38,745 bases of DNA from a virus (IMGVR_UViG_3300008259_000247:1-38745); one strand, 5' to 3'; numbered from the stretch's first letter, positions 1-8,366 are shown. Notes: generated by a model from the letters alone, not told the origin. Translations and numbers: made by a program.

Positions 1-40
1 ACGGTGGAGAATGATGTTAGGCTCATAAAAAAGGAATAAC

Positions 41-445
41 ATGAAGTCAATAATTTTAAACCTACTTAAACAAGGATACGATTTCTTTGCCGTGGCATTG
101 ACAACTGGCTTTATATTTTCCTTCTTTTTCCCGATTAAACATTTCCTTCTATTCACCATCGCAGTTGTAATAGCGGACACAATCACGGGAATCAAGGCAG
201 CAAGGAAAGAAGGCAAGGCGATAACAAGCAAAGGGCTATACAGGACAACGGAGAAGATAGTGGTATATTTTACATCTATCCTTATCTTTCACGGTGCGCA
301 GCTTACCTTTGCAATCCCAGTACCAATCGTTTACCTTGTAAGCTCGGTCATCGCTGGAACAGAGTTGTTCAGCGTGGCGGAGAATGTTAAGCGGATAACG
401 GGAGTAAATCTTGGCACGGTAATAGTTAGATTTTTTAGACGTTAA
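41..445 (+). CDS. Phage holin (phage holin family 4 / TcdE-like)
   Basis: 134 aa with 2-3 hydrophobic helices; D-x-I-T-G...K...ITSKG and E-x-x-S-x-x-E-N motifs typical of this family; lies upstream of an amidase. Confidence 0.85.
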   Translation: MKSIILNLLKQGYDFFAVALTTGFIFSFFFPIKHFLLFTIAVVIADTITGIKAARKEGKAITSKGLYRTTEKIVVYFTSILIFHGAQLTFAIPVPIVYLVSSVIAGTELFSVAENVKRITGVNLGTVIVRFFRR

Positions 446-457
446 AAACAAATAATC

Positions 458-751
458 ATGCAGACTAATTTAAAAGAAGCATTGAAAAATGCAGATGGGA
501 TAAAGTCACCAATGGGTGACATCGCTTGTTATTCAATGAACTTTGCCGAGTTAGCATCGGAAATCAATGTTCATTTGGAAGGAAACAAGGTAAAATTTAC
601 TTGGAGGGAATATATCCAGTTGGCTCAAATCATTTGGAATAAAATTAAAGAGACAAGCCGTGAATGTTCTGGAAAAGAAATTTCGGTGACTTTACCCCCA
701 AAATTATCAATCGTAGGGGCTGCTTTCGCGCTCATAGGGTTTAAGTTATAG
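458..751 (+). CDS. Hypothetical protein in lysis module, hydrophobic C-terminus
   Basis: 97-aa ORF between holin and endolysin; A-rich start region. Confidence 0.7.
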   Translation: MQTNLKEALKNADGIKSPMGDIACYSMNFAELASEINVHLEGNKVKFTWREYIQLAQIIWNKIKETSRECSGKEISVTLPPKLSIVGAAFALIGFKL

Positions 752-785
752 GCGCAGCAGAGTAACGCTACCTTATGCGACTGTC

Positions 786-813
786 AGGGCGATGCATTGA
801 TTTGCGTCGCCCT
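786..813 (+). promoter_or_regulatory. Strong stem-loop just upstream of the endolysin start
   Basis: agggcgatgca-ttgatt-tgcgtcgccct, 11-bp stem with one G-U pair and no U-tract on +. Confidence 0.45.
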
Positions 814-828
814 TAAAAATATAAAAAT

Positions 829-1491
829 ATGAAAGCAAATAAATTTTGTGTTTTCCTTGACGCGGGACATGGCGGCGTTGACCCGAAGGTAAAATTGCCA
901 AATGGTTACACAACTTACCCTTCAAAATGTTCTCAGCATAACAACGGGGTTTTCCATTCCTACGGCTGGTTCTTTGAGGGCGTGTTCAATCGTGCCGTTA
1001 CCGAGTTAATTGGGCAGTATCTCAATGACTGGGGCTTTTCAACTATGAAAGTTTACGACCCTGTTACCGATGTATCCCTTGGCAAAAGGGTTGCAAAAGC
1101 TAACTTTGCGGCAAAGACCTTTGAGGCTTCGTTGTACCTAAGCATTCACGGAAACGCGGCGGCAAGCAAAGAAGCACGGGGTTGGGAAGTCTTTACCTCA
1201 GTCGGGCAAACACGGTCGGACATTTACGCTGAGTTTCTTTTCAAAGAGGTCAAAGAGGCTTTTCCGAAATGGATATTCAGAAGCGACTTATTAGACGGCG
1301 ACCATGACAAAGAGGAAAGGTTTTACGTTTTAACCCAAACGGATATGCCAGCGGTTTTATCGGAAAACGGTTTCTTTACAAATTACCACGACGCACGCAT
1401 GATGTTTGACCCGACGTTTCAAAATACCTTAGCTTTGTCTCATGCTCGGGCGGTGGTTGATTACGCAAAGACGCAAGGGGTGATATTTTAA
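829..1491 (+). CDS. Endolysin, N-acetylmuramoyl-L-alanine amidase (Amidase_3)
   Basis: LDAGHGG, FEGVFN, SIHGNA and PAVLSENGFFTN zinc-amidase motifs. Confidence 0.93.
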   Translation: MKANKFCVFLDAGHGGVDPKVKLPNGYTTYPSKCSQHNNGVFHSYGWFFEGVFNRAVTELIGQYLNDWGFSTMKVYDPVTDVSLGKRVAKANFAAKTFEASLYLSIHGNAAASKEARGWEVFTSVGQTRSDIYAEFLFKEVKEAFPKWIFRSDLLDGDHDKEERFYVLTQTDMPAVLSENGFFTNYHDARMMFDPTFQNTLALSHARAVVDYAKTQGVIF

Positions 1492-1492
1492 A

Positions 1493-1529
1493 ATGGAAAG
1501 GGTTGACGCCAATGCCAACCCTCTAATTT
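1493..1529. terminator. Intrinsic terminator between convergent arms
   Basis: On the minus strand agggttggc-loop-gtcaaccct followed by ttccatttt; sits at the convergence of the lysis genes and the leftward arm. Confidence 0.6.
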
Positions 1530-1551
1530 CACCACTTTTAACTAAGATTTC

Positions 1552-1839
1552 CTAATTTATAATTTGATTTATAATCTTCAATGATAAATTGGTGACCGCG
1601 TCACCGTCCGTGCTTCTATACAACCGATAAGCGATAGTCAACATTCGCCCTTTGTCCATTGCCTCAATAGGCGGCTTTGCGTTGGGAAGGATTGGCTCAA
1701 GATAAAATTTTAAAACTGCTATTTTGCTATTTAATCCGTCAACATATCTAATCGGTTTCGGGTAGGTTTTAGCAATCATTTCAATTTCACGCCATGTGCT
1801 TTCTTCTATGCCGTCAATTAATTCGTTACTTTTTTTCAT
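1552..1839 (-). CDS. Hypothetical protein
   Basis: ORF 1552-1869; ATG at 1839 (MKKSNEL) overlapping the upstream gene end is the likelier start. Confidence 0.65.
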   Translation of the reverse strand: MKKSNELIDGIEESTWREIEMIAKTYPKPIRYVDGLNSKIAVLKFYLEPILPNAKPPIEAMDKGRMLTIAYRLYRSTDGDAVTNLSLKIINQIIN

Positions 1840-2308
1840 GCTTAATATAATTTTTTGCCATAAGCGCAAGGAAAAACGCGTCGATTTCGTCTTGACTTAT
1901 TTTGGCTGGTTTAAAATGTGGTTCAAATTTCAATCGCTCTTGAGCAGCAACTTTCATAAATACGTCTTTATTAAACTTTTTCCCCTTTGCCTCAGGGCTA
2001 ATATTGTAAGCTTCAAAACCGTTGTCCTTTATCCATTCGTAGGCGATTCTTGAGGCGGCTTGGTTCATACCAACGTTGCGGGACATTCGGGAAAGAATTG
2101 CGCGGTTGATTGAATTATTAAAGGTTACATTCTGGAGGCTTGAATCTTCGACGAGAACAACAGGGTTAAATTGTGACCAGCTTGGAACGTCGTTTATAAA
2201 GTCAACAAACCTTATATATTTTTTAAAAATCATGGTGCGGTCTGCGATGATGCAAACTGCCATTCCTTTGATTCTTAACGCTGGGTCAACCCCTATCAAT
2301 GTCCTCAT
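1826..2308 (-). CDS. RuvC-like Holliday junction resolvase
   Basis: IGVDP at the N-terminus, VLVED and DEIDA(FFLAL) acidic motifs of the RNase H fold. Confidence 0.8.
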   Translation of the reverse strand: MRTLIGVDPALRIKGMAVCIIADRTMIFKKYIRFVDFINDVPSWSQFNPVVLVEDSSLQNVTFNNSINRAILSRMSRNVGMNQAASRIAYEWIKDNGFEAYNISPEAKGKKFNKDVFMKVAAQERLKFEPHFKPAKISQDEIDAFFLALMAKNYIKHEKK

Positions 2309-2841
2309 AAAGTAATCGTTTGAAACGAAGTTACATAAGGTTTAAAATCTTTTGGCGCTTCTTCCTTGATTATTTTTACAACTGGCTTTCTCTTGCGGCG
2401 TTTGATAACCTTTGGCTCAGTCAAACCGTATGCCTCAACTCCTTTGTTAACGAAGTTTATCTCAAGTAAGTACCCGAAGCAAACGATTGTACCCACGAAA
2501 AAGAACATGGTTATAAATTCGCTACCAGAATATTTGTCTTGTAATCCAAAGAACAATTCTATCAAAGCGATTATAGTCGCTCCTAAGGCTATTTTAGGCG
2601 GATAAGGGCTTCTACCTTTGGTCGGGTTGAGAAAGTCCATGAAAACGACCGCAAAGCGCCCTAATTGAAGAATGCTGGTGGCTGCAAGTGCAACCCAAAA
2701 ATTAATCGGTAAAAATATAGCGGTCAAATACGCATTGACGCCGTAGGTGAGGATAATCGTTAAAAGCATGATTGTAGGGATATTGTCCGCAATGCTTTCA
2801 AATGTCCATTTAAACTGGATATTGGTGAAATTCTTTTCCAT
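2305..2841 (-). CDS. Multi-pass membrane protein (about 4 TM) with basic C-terminal tail
   Basis: Four long hydrophobic segments; ATG at 2841 preceded by an A-rich leader. Confidence 0.75.
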   Translation of the reverse strand: MEKNFTNIQFKWTFESIADNIPTIMLLTIILTYGVNAYLTAIFLPINFWVALAATSILQLGRFAVVFMDFLNPTKGRSPYPPKIALGATIIALIELFFGLQDKYSGSEFITMFFFVGTIVCFGYLLEINFVNKGVEAYGLTEPKVIKRRKRKPVVKIIKEEAPKDFKPYVTSFQTITL

Positions 2842-2921
2842 TTTGTTTTTTGTTAAGTGGTGAAAAAAGTTGCCGTCTTTCCGAGCTGTCAACCCTGTAC
2901 GAATACTGTGGGATTTTTTTC

Positions 2922-3203
2922 TTATTTACTTTTATTGTTAATTTTATAACTTTTAGTAATTAACCTTACAACCATTTTTTCTAATTTCTCAATTATAATT
3001 ACTGGAATATTTGAACCGTTTTTTGCAGTCCATTGTAAAGGTGAACTTAAGCCGTTTAAAATTGCTATTCTTTGACCGTTGTAAATTACGTCAATTAAAA
3101 AATCCATTTGCGGAAAGTTAACCATTTCAGCTTCTACCGTCTTGCGAAATTTAAAAGTGTTTGTGTCTGATAATAACTCTGGTAAAATTGCTAAATTTCT
3201 CAT
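2922..3203 (-). CDS. Hypothetical protein
   Basis: MRNLAIL start at 3203 just downstream of the promoter repeat. Confidence 0.65.
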   Translation of the reverse strand: MRNLAILPELLSDTNTFKFRKTVEAEMVNFPQMDFLIDVIYNGQRIAILNGLSSPLQWTAKNGSNIPVIIIEKLEKMVVRLITKSYKINNKSK

Positions 3204-3241
3204 TTTGTTTGTTTTTAAAGTGGTAAAAATCGTTTTGTTTG

Positions 3242-3310
3242 TTTCGATATGTAAATATATAAATAAATAAAACAACAAAAAAATATTTACACAATTATTT
3301 TAAAAAAAAG
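3242..3310 (-). promoter_or_regulatory. Repeated leftward promoter element, copy A
   Basis: Shares TTTC(A/G)ATATGTAAAT...AAATATTTACA...TTATTTTAAAAAAAA with 4671-4739 and 8242-8309. Confidence 0.7.
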
Positions 3311-3311
3311 A

Positions 3312-4157
3312 TTAAAAAACATTTGTTTCTTTTTTCAAAGGGAAGTTGTCCCGTTTGATTTGCCAGTACTCAGCCATGAGCGATGCACGAAATTTGTAAT
3401 CTTTGTCCGTGTGATAACCTGACTTGTAAATGCATTTACAAATGGATTCGTACAACTTAATCCCCTTTATCTTGTAATTAGCCTTTTTGCAATCGGCGTA
3501 TCTTCCTGAGTTCAAAACGCCAGCCCAAAGTTTCATGCCTTCTTCCGTGCTGGATGCCTTCATGAACTTTGCCTTAATGTACTTATCCCTTCCTCGAATT
3601 ACCTCGCGTGTCCTGTATGTAACAGATTTGCCGTTCTTTAATGCCTTTACCCCGCCAGCGTTGGCGTGTTTGCGCCAGAGTTCCGTTTCGATTCCTTGAG
3701 CAGTTGCTTCTATTATAAAGAAAGAATAAATCATTGAAATCGGGAAGTCGGTTAATAGGTGTACATTCATCAACATGGATTCGTAGCAATAGGCAATATA
3801 TATTCGACGCAACTTTGCCCTATCAACCTTTGCAAGGTTACGAAAGCCGCGTCCTTCCAGCGTTTGCCTTAGTTGGTTGCCTGATAACTTGCGCACCTCG
3901 TACCCGTAGGAACGTGACCCGTAGGCGCTTTCGTCAATCTCTTTATCCTCAGCCTTAGCGGGAAAGGTCAACGTCGTAATTTTATGAACGTACACCGTGT
4001 CATGCTCAATGATTGGCACGAATGAGGTATAATTGTACTGGGTATTAATCGGGGAATAAATCAACCCGATGACAAAGGCAATGCCGATTCCAGCGGCTAC
4101 CTGATACGGCAGCCGCTTATTTTGTGGAACGTAGGTTTCAATGATTGGTTCTTTCAT
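3312..4157 (-). CDS. Membrane-anchored GH73 (FlgJ/glucosaminidase-like) peptidoglycan hydrolase
   Basis: N-terminal TM helix; FIIEAT catalytic Glu; NAGGVKA; T-R-E...K-A-K-F hairpin; GYHTD (YxTD) motif. Confidence 0.75.
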   Translation of the reverse strand: MKEPIIETYVPQNKRLPYQVAAGIGIAFVIGLIYSPINTQYNYTSFVPIIEHDTVYVHKITTLTFPAKAEDKEIDESAYGSRSYGYEVRKLSGNQLRQTLEGRGFRNLAKVDRAKLRRIYIAYCYESMLMNVHLLTDFPISMIYSFFIIEATAQGIETELWRKHANAGGVKALKNGKSVTYRTREVIRGRDKYIKAKFMKASSTEEGMKLWAGVLNSGRYADCKKANYKIKGIKLYESICKCIYKSGYHTDKDYKFRASLMAEYWQIKRDNFPLKKETNVF

Positions 4158-4159
4158 GG

Positions 4160-4423
4160 TTATCCTACTACTTTTTCAGCGTAAAAATGACCACCGTCGT
4201 ATTCAATTGTTTCGTCTCCTGGTCTTGCAATAATATTGCCATCCATGTCTTTTACAATATGACCCCAGTCAAACTCATCAACAGGAAAGTAATTCTCATT
4301 TAACATTTGAGCGTAAAATCTTTCAACCGCTTCGCGCTTTGTAAACGCTGCAATCTCTTGGTTAAGGTCTTGGTATCTCTTGGCGTTGCCAAAATACATA
4401 ACTGCAAAAATCTTCTTTTCCAT
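4160..4423 (-). CDS. Hypothetical protein
   Basis: 87-aa ORF in a tightly packed leftward operon. Confidence 0.65.
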   Translation of the reverse strand: MEKKIFAVMYFGNAKRYQDLNQEIAAFTKREAVERFYAQMLNENYFPVDEFDWGHIVKDMDGNIIARPGDETIEYDGGHFYAEKVVG

Positions 4424-4435
4424 TTTTTTTGTTTT

Positions 4436-4654
4436 TTAGTTAAAAGAAATTTCAAATTCTACTAAGCCTGACTTAGATAACATATTTTCAATATCAAGAC
4501 AAATGTCTTCCGTGTCTTCCTCAAACGTGGTAAAAGTCCAACAGTTTGAAGCAACTTGTTCTTCTTGAATATCAAAAATACAGGCAATGTTAAGGTCTCT
4601 AATAATATCTTGAGCCTTTAATGTTTCTCTTAGTGAAGTTGTTAAAGTAATCAT
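4436..4654 (-). CDS. Hypothetical acidic protein
   Basis: 72-aa ORF directly after promoter copy B. Confidence 0.65.
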   Translation of the reverse strand: MITLTTSLRETLKAQDIIRDLNIACIFDIQEEQVASNCWTFTTFEEDTEDICLDIENMLSKSGLVEFEISFN

Positions 4655-4670
4655 TTTGGTTGTTTTTTAT

Positions 4671-4739
4671 TTTCAATATGTAAATTTAATTATAAATATT
4701 TACAAATAAAAATATTTACAACATTATTTTTAAAAAAAA
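4671..4739 (-). promoter_or_regulatory. Repeated leftward promoter element, copy B
   Basis: Near-identical to 8242-8309; minus strand TAAATTTACAT resembles the Bacteroidota -7 box TAnnTTTG. Confidence 0.7.
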
Positions 4740-4762
4740 TCCCGTACCAATGAGATACGGGA
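4732..4762 (-). terminator. Intrinsic terminator
   Basis: tcccgta-N9-tacggga followed by a T8 tract on the minus strand. Confidence 0.7.
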
Positions 4763-4781
4763 CAAAATCAACCTAAATGAA

Positions 4782-4913
4782 TTAAAATGAAGCAATACTT
4801 ATTTCTTTCTCAGGAATATCAATTCCCATTTCCTTAAACTTCTTAATCGCTTCCTCAACGCTTGCAGCATCGGTTATAATTCTTCCGCTCTTCCATTTGA
4901 TTTCGTATTTCAT
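4782..4913 (-). CDS. Small hypothetical protein (43 aa), not in ORF track
   Basis: MKYEIKWKSGRIITDAASVEEAIKKFKEMGIDIPEKEISIASF; ATGA overlap with the upstream ORF. Confidence 0.6.
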   Translation of the reverse strand: MKYEIKWKSGRIITDAASVEEAIKKFKEMGIDIPEKEISIASF

Positions 4914-5041
4914 AAGTACCATTTTTTTATTAGGTCAACGATGAAATAAATGGCGAAAGCAAGGGTTAGGATTCCACCAGCGGCTACAAAGATACTGGCG
5001 GCGTCCCTGATTAATTTTTCTCTTTCTCGTTCTGTAAGCAT
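4910..5041 (-). CDS. Small single-TM membrane protein (43 aa), not in ORF track
   Basis: MLTEREREKLIRDAASIFVAAGGILTLAFAIYFIVDLIKKWYL. Confidence 0.6.
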   Translation of the reverse strand: MLTEREREKLIRDAASIFVAAGGILTLAFAIYFIVDLIKKWYL

Positions 5042-5283
5042 TTTTTTTCTTTTTGTTTTTGGCGGTACGCCTTTGCGTATGCCTTGATTCTATCAATGTT
5101 TTTTAAATAACTGCGTCTGTTTTCCTCTTTTCGTTTTGCCTTTTCTTCGGGCGTCTTATCGTGGTATTTCTGTTTTTTTTGTTCAAGATTCTTTAAACGT
5201 CGTTTTTCCTTTTGGTAGCGGGAAAGGTTCTTGTAATAATTTTTCATGTATTCCCTTTTTTTTGCTCTTTGTTCTTCGGTCAT
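5011..5283 (-). CDS. Lys/Arg/Tyr-rich helical hypothetical protein
   Basis: 90 aa, very basic, repeated K/R...Y pattern. Confidence 0.6.
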   Translation of the reverse strand: MTEEQRAKKREYMKNYYKNLSRYQKEKRRLKNLEQKKQKYHDKTPEEKAKRKEENRRSYLKNIDRIKAYAKAYRQKQKEKKCLQNEKEKN

Positions 5284-5295
5284 GGTTGTAAGTTT

Positions 5296-5892
5296 TTATG
5301 ATAAATAAATATTATAAGCGTGACTTATTTCTTTGCAAGTTTCCTCAATCAAAACAATGGCTTTTAGCAAATCGTCCATTTCAAAGGTATGTCTAAGTTC
5401 ATGACTTTCGCCCGTGAAAGATAAACCGTTTTTGGTTCTCTTTGTCCCTAACCAGTTGATTTGACTTTCGGGAATTGATTCCCCGTTGACAAACATTGCC
5501 AGCGCGTAGACTTTCATTTGAAGGCTATCTTTCAGCGTGTCCATTGTCCACGGTCTGCCTGAGGTTTTAAAATCAATTACCCTATTATTTGCCACGTCCC
5601 ACGCATCGATAAAACCTTTTACCTGAATGTCATTAATGGAAAGGCTAATTTCTTTCTCAGCCTCGCAACCTTTGAAGGCTTGAATTTTGTCAATGTAAAA
5701 ATCTGGGAAGGTTTCCATGATGATTCCATTTTTAATAAACGCTTCCGTGTCCTCGGCAAAGCGCTTGCCAAAATCCATGTAAATAGATGGTTCTTGGGGA
5801 AGGTTACAAAAGTAACGTTCCATGTACTTTTTGCGGTCGGAATGCCAAAGGTTTATTTGGCTGACTGATATGTATTTTTTTGGAAGGAGCAT
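5296..5892 (-). CDS. PD-(D/E)XK nuclease (RecB/Cas4-like phage exonuclease)
   Basis: ISVSQIN, KGFIDAW, VIDFKTSG and LQMKVYA motifs. Confidence 0.85.
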   Translation of the reverse strand: MLLPKKYISVSQINLWHSDRKKYMERYFCNLPQEPSIYMDFGKRFAEDTEAFIKNGIIMETFPDFYIDKIQAFKGCEAEKEISLSINDIQVKGFIDAWDVANNRVIDFKTSGRPWTMDTLKDSLQMKVYALAMFVNGESIPESQINWLGTKRTKNGLSFTGESHELRHTFEMDDLLKAIVLIEETCKEISHAYNIYLS

Positions 5893-5894
5893 GG

Positions 5895-6110
5895 TTATTT
5901 GTATATAGAGATTCCTAAATTTGCGCGTTCAACGTATCCTCGAGAATAACCCTTTTTAAAGGCGTTTTCAATTTCCTCAGCATACATTTTCTTTGCCTCA
6001 TTCAAAGCATCAAGAATATCTTTGTATTCTGATTCGTAAAACTCTGAGGCGTCCAATACCTTGTCATAAAAGTATTCCAACGACGTTTCTTTTTCTTCTT
6101 GGTTTATCAT
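5895..6110 (-). CDS. Hypothetical protein
   Basis: 71 aa; C-terminal AFKKGYSRGY motif. Confidence 0.6.
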   Translation of the reverse strand: MINQEEKETSLEYFYDKVLDASEFYESEYKDILDALNEAKKMYAEEIENAFKKGYSRGYVERANLGISIYK

Positions 6111-6122
6111 GATTATTTGTTT

Positions 6123-6341
6123 TTAAAATGGGAATCTTTCGTCGCTTATAAGTCCATCGGTATATTTAACACCTTCTTCATAGCCTTTTTCAAAAGCTAC
6201 TTTTAAAGATTGTTCGTGTTGCTTTTCTAATTCAACTAAATCATTTTCAAGTTCCTCAATTTTTTCTGTAAGCATATAACAAATATCAGCAACCTCTGAT
6301 AAAACGTTATTTAATGCTCTTTCTAATTTTTTGTCGTTCAT
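6123..6341 (-). CDS. Hypothetical coiled-coil protein
   Basis: MNDKKLE start at 6341; C-terminal AFEKGYEEGV motif. Confidence 0.6.
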   Translation of the reverse strand: MNDKKLERALNNVLSEVADICYMLTEKIEELENDLVELEKQHEQSLKVAFEKGYEEGVKYTDGLISDERFPF

Positions 6342-6363
6342 TTCTTTTGTTTTGCGGTGCGGT

Positions 6364-6391
6364 AAAACCCCAGCCATATTTCAGGCTGGGG
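6364..6391 (-). terminator. Intrinsic terminator
   Basis: ccccagcc-N8-ggctgggg perfect 8-bp GC stem followed by tttt on the minus strand. Confidence 0.7.
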
Positions 6392-6409
6392 AAAAACGAA
6401 CCATATTGA

Positions 6410-6868
6410 TTAAAAAAACTTTCCGATTTGAATAAAGATTGTCGCCGCCGCTGGTTGTGCTTGCGCTGGTTCTAAACCTGAGGCTTGCAACTGGTGAAAT
6501 ATGTCGGCATAAACCGAGGTCATAAACGTGGCTTTCTCGGTTATCTCATCTGGTGTTAGCTTACCGTTGTTTTTAGGGGCTACATTTGCCGCCTGTTGCA
6601 CGTTTGCGCCTTCGGTGGGTGTATTTGCCTTCTCAGGCATTTCATCGGCGGTAATCATGTCAAATGCGACCTTGTAACTTTTGCCGTCGTGAATAATTGT
6701 TACGGCGTCGTCTTTTTTAAGCGCCTTCAATTTTTCATCGTCGGCTTTTCCGTAAACGCGTACCTCAGTACCGTTGTCTAATGTAATAACGGCGTTAATG
6801 GATGGTCCAAATTGACCCTCAAACACTTTGCCCGCCGTATATTTAACCTTGCCTTTTAGAATATTCAT
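6410..6868 (-). CDS. Hypothetical protein, beta-rich N-domain (possible OB-fold nucleic-acid binding)
   Basis: 152 aa; beta N-domain, flexible linker and helical C-domain; near the exonuclease gene. Confidence 0.55.
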   Translation of the reverse strand: MNILKGKVKYTAGKVFEGQFGPSINAVITLDNGTEVRVYGKADDEKLKALKKDDAVTIIHDGKSYKVAFDMITADEMPEKANTPTEGANVQQAANVAPKNNGKLTPDEITEKATFMTSVYADIFHQLQASGLEPAQAQPAAATIFIQIGKFF

Positions 6869-7100
6869 TTCCCGTTTGAATTTGAAAATTTAGTGAATCG
6901 TACCACATTTGTTTTTTATGGTCGCTTATTGTTTTCCAGTTGATTTCGTCATCGTATTTTATCTTCTTCCCTGTACAAAAGTATTTTTCAAGTTCGCCGA
7001 CCCCACGTTGCCTCCACCATCTTTTCAGGTGAAGGGGCTCAACGATATGGGAAGGGCAAACGGTTAATGAGGCGTTCAACGCAAATTCTTGGATGTTCAT
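6843..7100 (-). CDS. Hypothetical protein
   Basis: MNIQEF start overlapping the upstream stop (ATGA). Confidence 0.6.
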   Translation of the reverse strand: MNIQEFALNASLTVCPSHIVEPLHLKRWWRQRGVGELEKYFCTGKKIKYDDEINWKTISDHKKQMWYDSLNFQIQTGNEYSKRQG

Positions 7101-7447
7101 CTTGCTGCGGTTATTTGTTGACATTTAATAATCGCTTCTTTGCAACGGGCAATAATCTCAAGTCTTAGTTTGTTTATCCCAGTATCAAGCATTTTTTCTT
7201 CGTGGTATTCCAAGCTTTGTAAAATTGTTTTAATCATGTCAATATAATGGTCATGGTTTGAATCCTTATGAAACATTACATAAGTTTCAATAATACGCTG
7301 GGCGTAAATCCAAAAGTCTAAGACGGTTAAAAAGTCAGCTCGCGCCTCATTCCTTAACCTTTCGTTTTCGCCTTGAAGATATACGATGCGTTCTTCGTAA
7401 TACCGTGTTAAGCCGTTGTCTGTTAACGTGTTTTTTAAAGCTTCCAT
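7097..7447 (-). CDS. Hypothetical helical protein
   Basis: 116-aa ORF with an AACCAAAA-ATG leader. Confidence 0.65.
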   Translation of the reverse strand: MEALKNTLTDNGLTRYYEERIVYLQGENERLRNEARADFLTVLDFWIYAQRIIETYVMFHKDSNHDHYIDMIKTILQSLEYHEEKMLDTGINKLRLEIIARCKEAIIKCQQITAAR

Positions 7448-7468
7448 TTTTGGTTGTTTTTAAAGTGA

Positions 7469-7720
7469 TTAATTATTAAGTATTACCCAGTCCATTTCAT
7501 GCTCATCTACAAGGGGCATGAGATTAAAACGGGTGATTTGTGGATACAATTCAAGGTCAATGTCATGCGGCTCAAATGTCCAGCCGTGGATTTCAATATT
7601 ATCGTCTTCGTGGTGAGGTTTATTTGCGCCGTACAATCCAAAGCCGCTGGAAAAAATAACGTGGACAAAGTGCTGGCGCTTTTTATCAAGGCAACATTTG
7701 ACGGTGTATTTTGTAATCAT
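7469..7720 (-). CDS. Hypothetical protein
   Basis: MITKY start at 7720; His/Cys-rich. Confidence 0.6.
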   Translation of the reverse strand: MITKYTVKCCLDKKRQHFVHVIFSSGFGLYGANKPHHEDDNIEIHGWTFEPHDIDLELYPQITRFNLMPLVDEHEMDWVILNN

Positions 7721-7730
7721 GTTGGTAGGT

Positions 7731-7967
7731 TTAATTCTTAGCAATAAAATTTAATTCGTCATAAGACAAAAACTTGTAAACCCTTTCATCTATTCTGGCT
7801 GGTACTTCATCTGTTGTAAAAAAATAAACGCCAGTGCTTGAAAATTTTAAAATAATATCAGTTCCGTTGTACCTTTTTAACAAATCTACTGGCATTGTTT
7901 TTGACATATTTATAACGTCTTTTGCCATTTTTTTGTCAATTGTAATTTCTAAAGTTGATTCCTTCAT
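7731..7967 (-). CDS. Hypothetical protein
   Basis: 78-aa ORF. Confidence 0.6.
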   Translation of the reverse strand: MKESTLEITIDKKMAKDVINMSKTMPVDLLKRYNGTDIILKFSSTGVYFFTTDEVPARIDERVYKFLSYDELNFIAKN

Positions 7968-8004
7968 TTGTTTTTTTTTAAGATTTAAAAATTGAGCAGT
8001 ACTC

Positions 8005-8223
8005 CTACTGCCATGATTCTTTAATTTGTTTAATGTCTTGGTCTAACTTGTTTAAATACTCATTAGCCATTCTTGCAGTAATAGGCATTTTGTTTGCCTC
8101 CCATTCCTCGTCTGTGCAGCCCTGTGATTTTACTGCCAGATATACAGTTTTTACAAAAGCTGGGTCAGCTACTAATTCATGTACTTTGTCAAAGTGGTTG
8201 CATAATTCTTTGTAAGTCATCAT
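8005..8223 (-). CDS. Hypothetical protein
   Basis: MMTYKEL start at 8223 after promoter copy C. Confidence 0.6.
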   Translation of the reverse strand: MMTYKELCNHFDKVHELVADPAFVKTVYLAVKSQGCTDEEWEANKMPITARMANEYLNKLDQDIKQIKESWQ

Positions 8224-8241
8224 TTTGGTCGTTTTTGTTAT

Positions 8242-8309
8242 TTTCAATATGTAAATTTATAAATAAATATTCATAAATAAAAATATTTACAACATTATTT
8301 TAAAAAAAA
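8242..8309 (-). promoter_or_regulatory. Repeated leftward promoter element, copy C
   Basis: Near-identical to 4671-4739, with similarity extending to the downstream start codon. Confidence 0.7.
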
Positions 8310-8332
8310 GTGAGGACTAATTTTGTCCTCAC
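8302..8332 (-). terminator. Intrinsic terminator
   Basis: gtgaggac-N7-gtcctcac followed by T8 on the minus strand. Confidence 0.75.
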
Positions 8333-8366
8333 CCAAAGAAAACCAGATAGTATAAAGCACCAATGA

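Noticed and set aside
5296-5892. Cas4 / CRISPR system
   Set aside because: No Fe-S cysteine cluster, no other cas genes and no repeat-spacer array; best read as an ordinary phage PD-(D/E)XK nuclease
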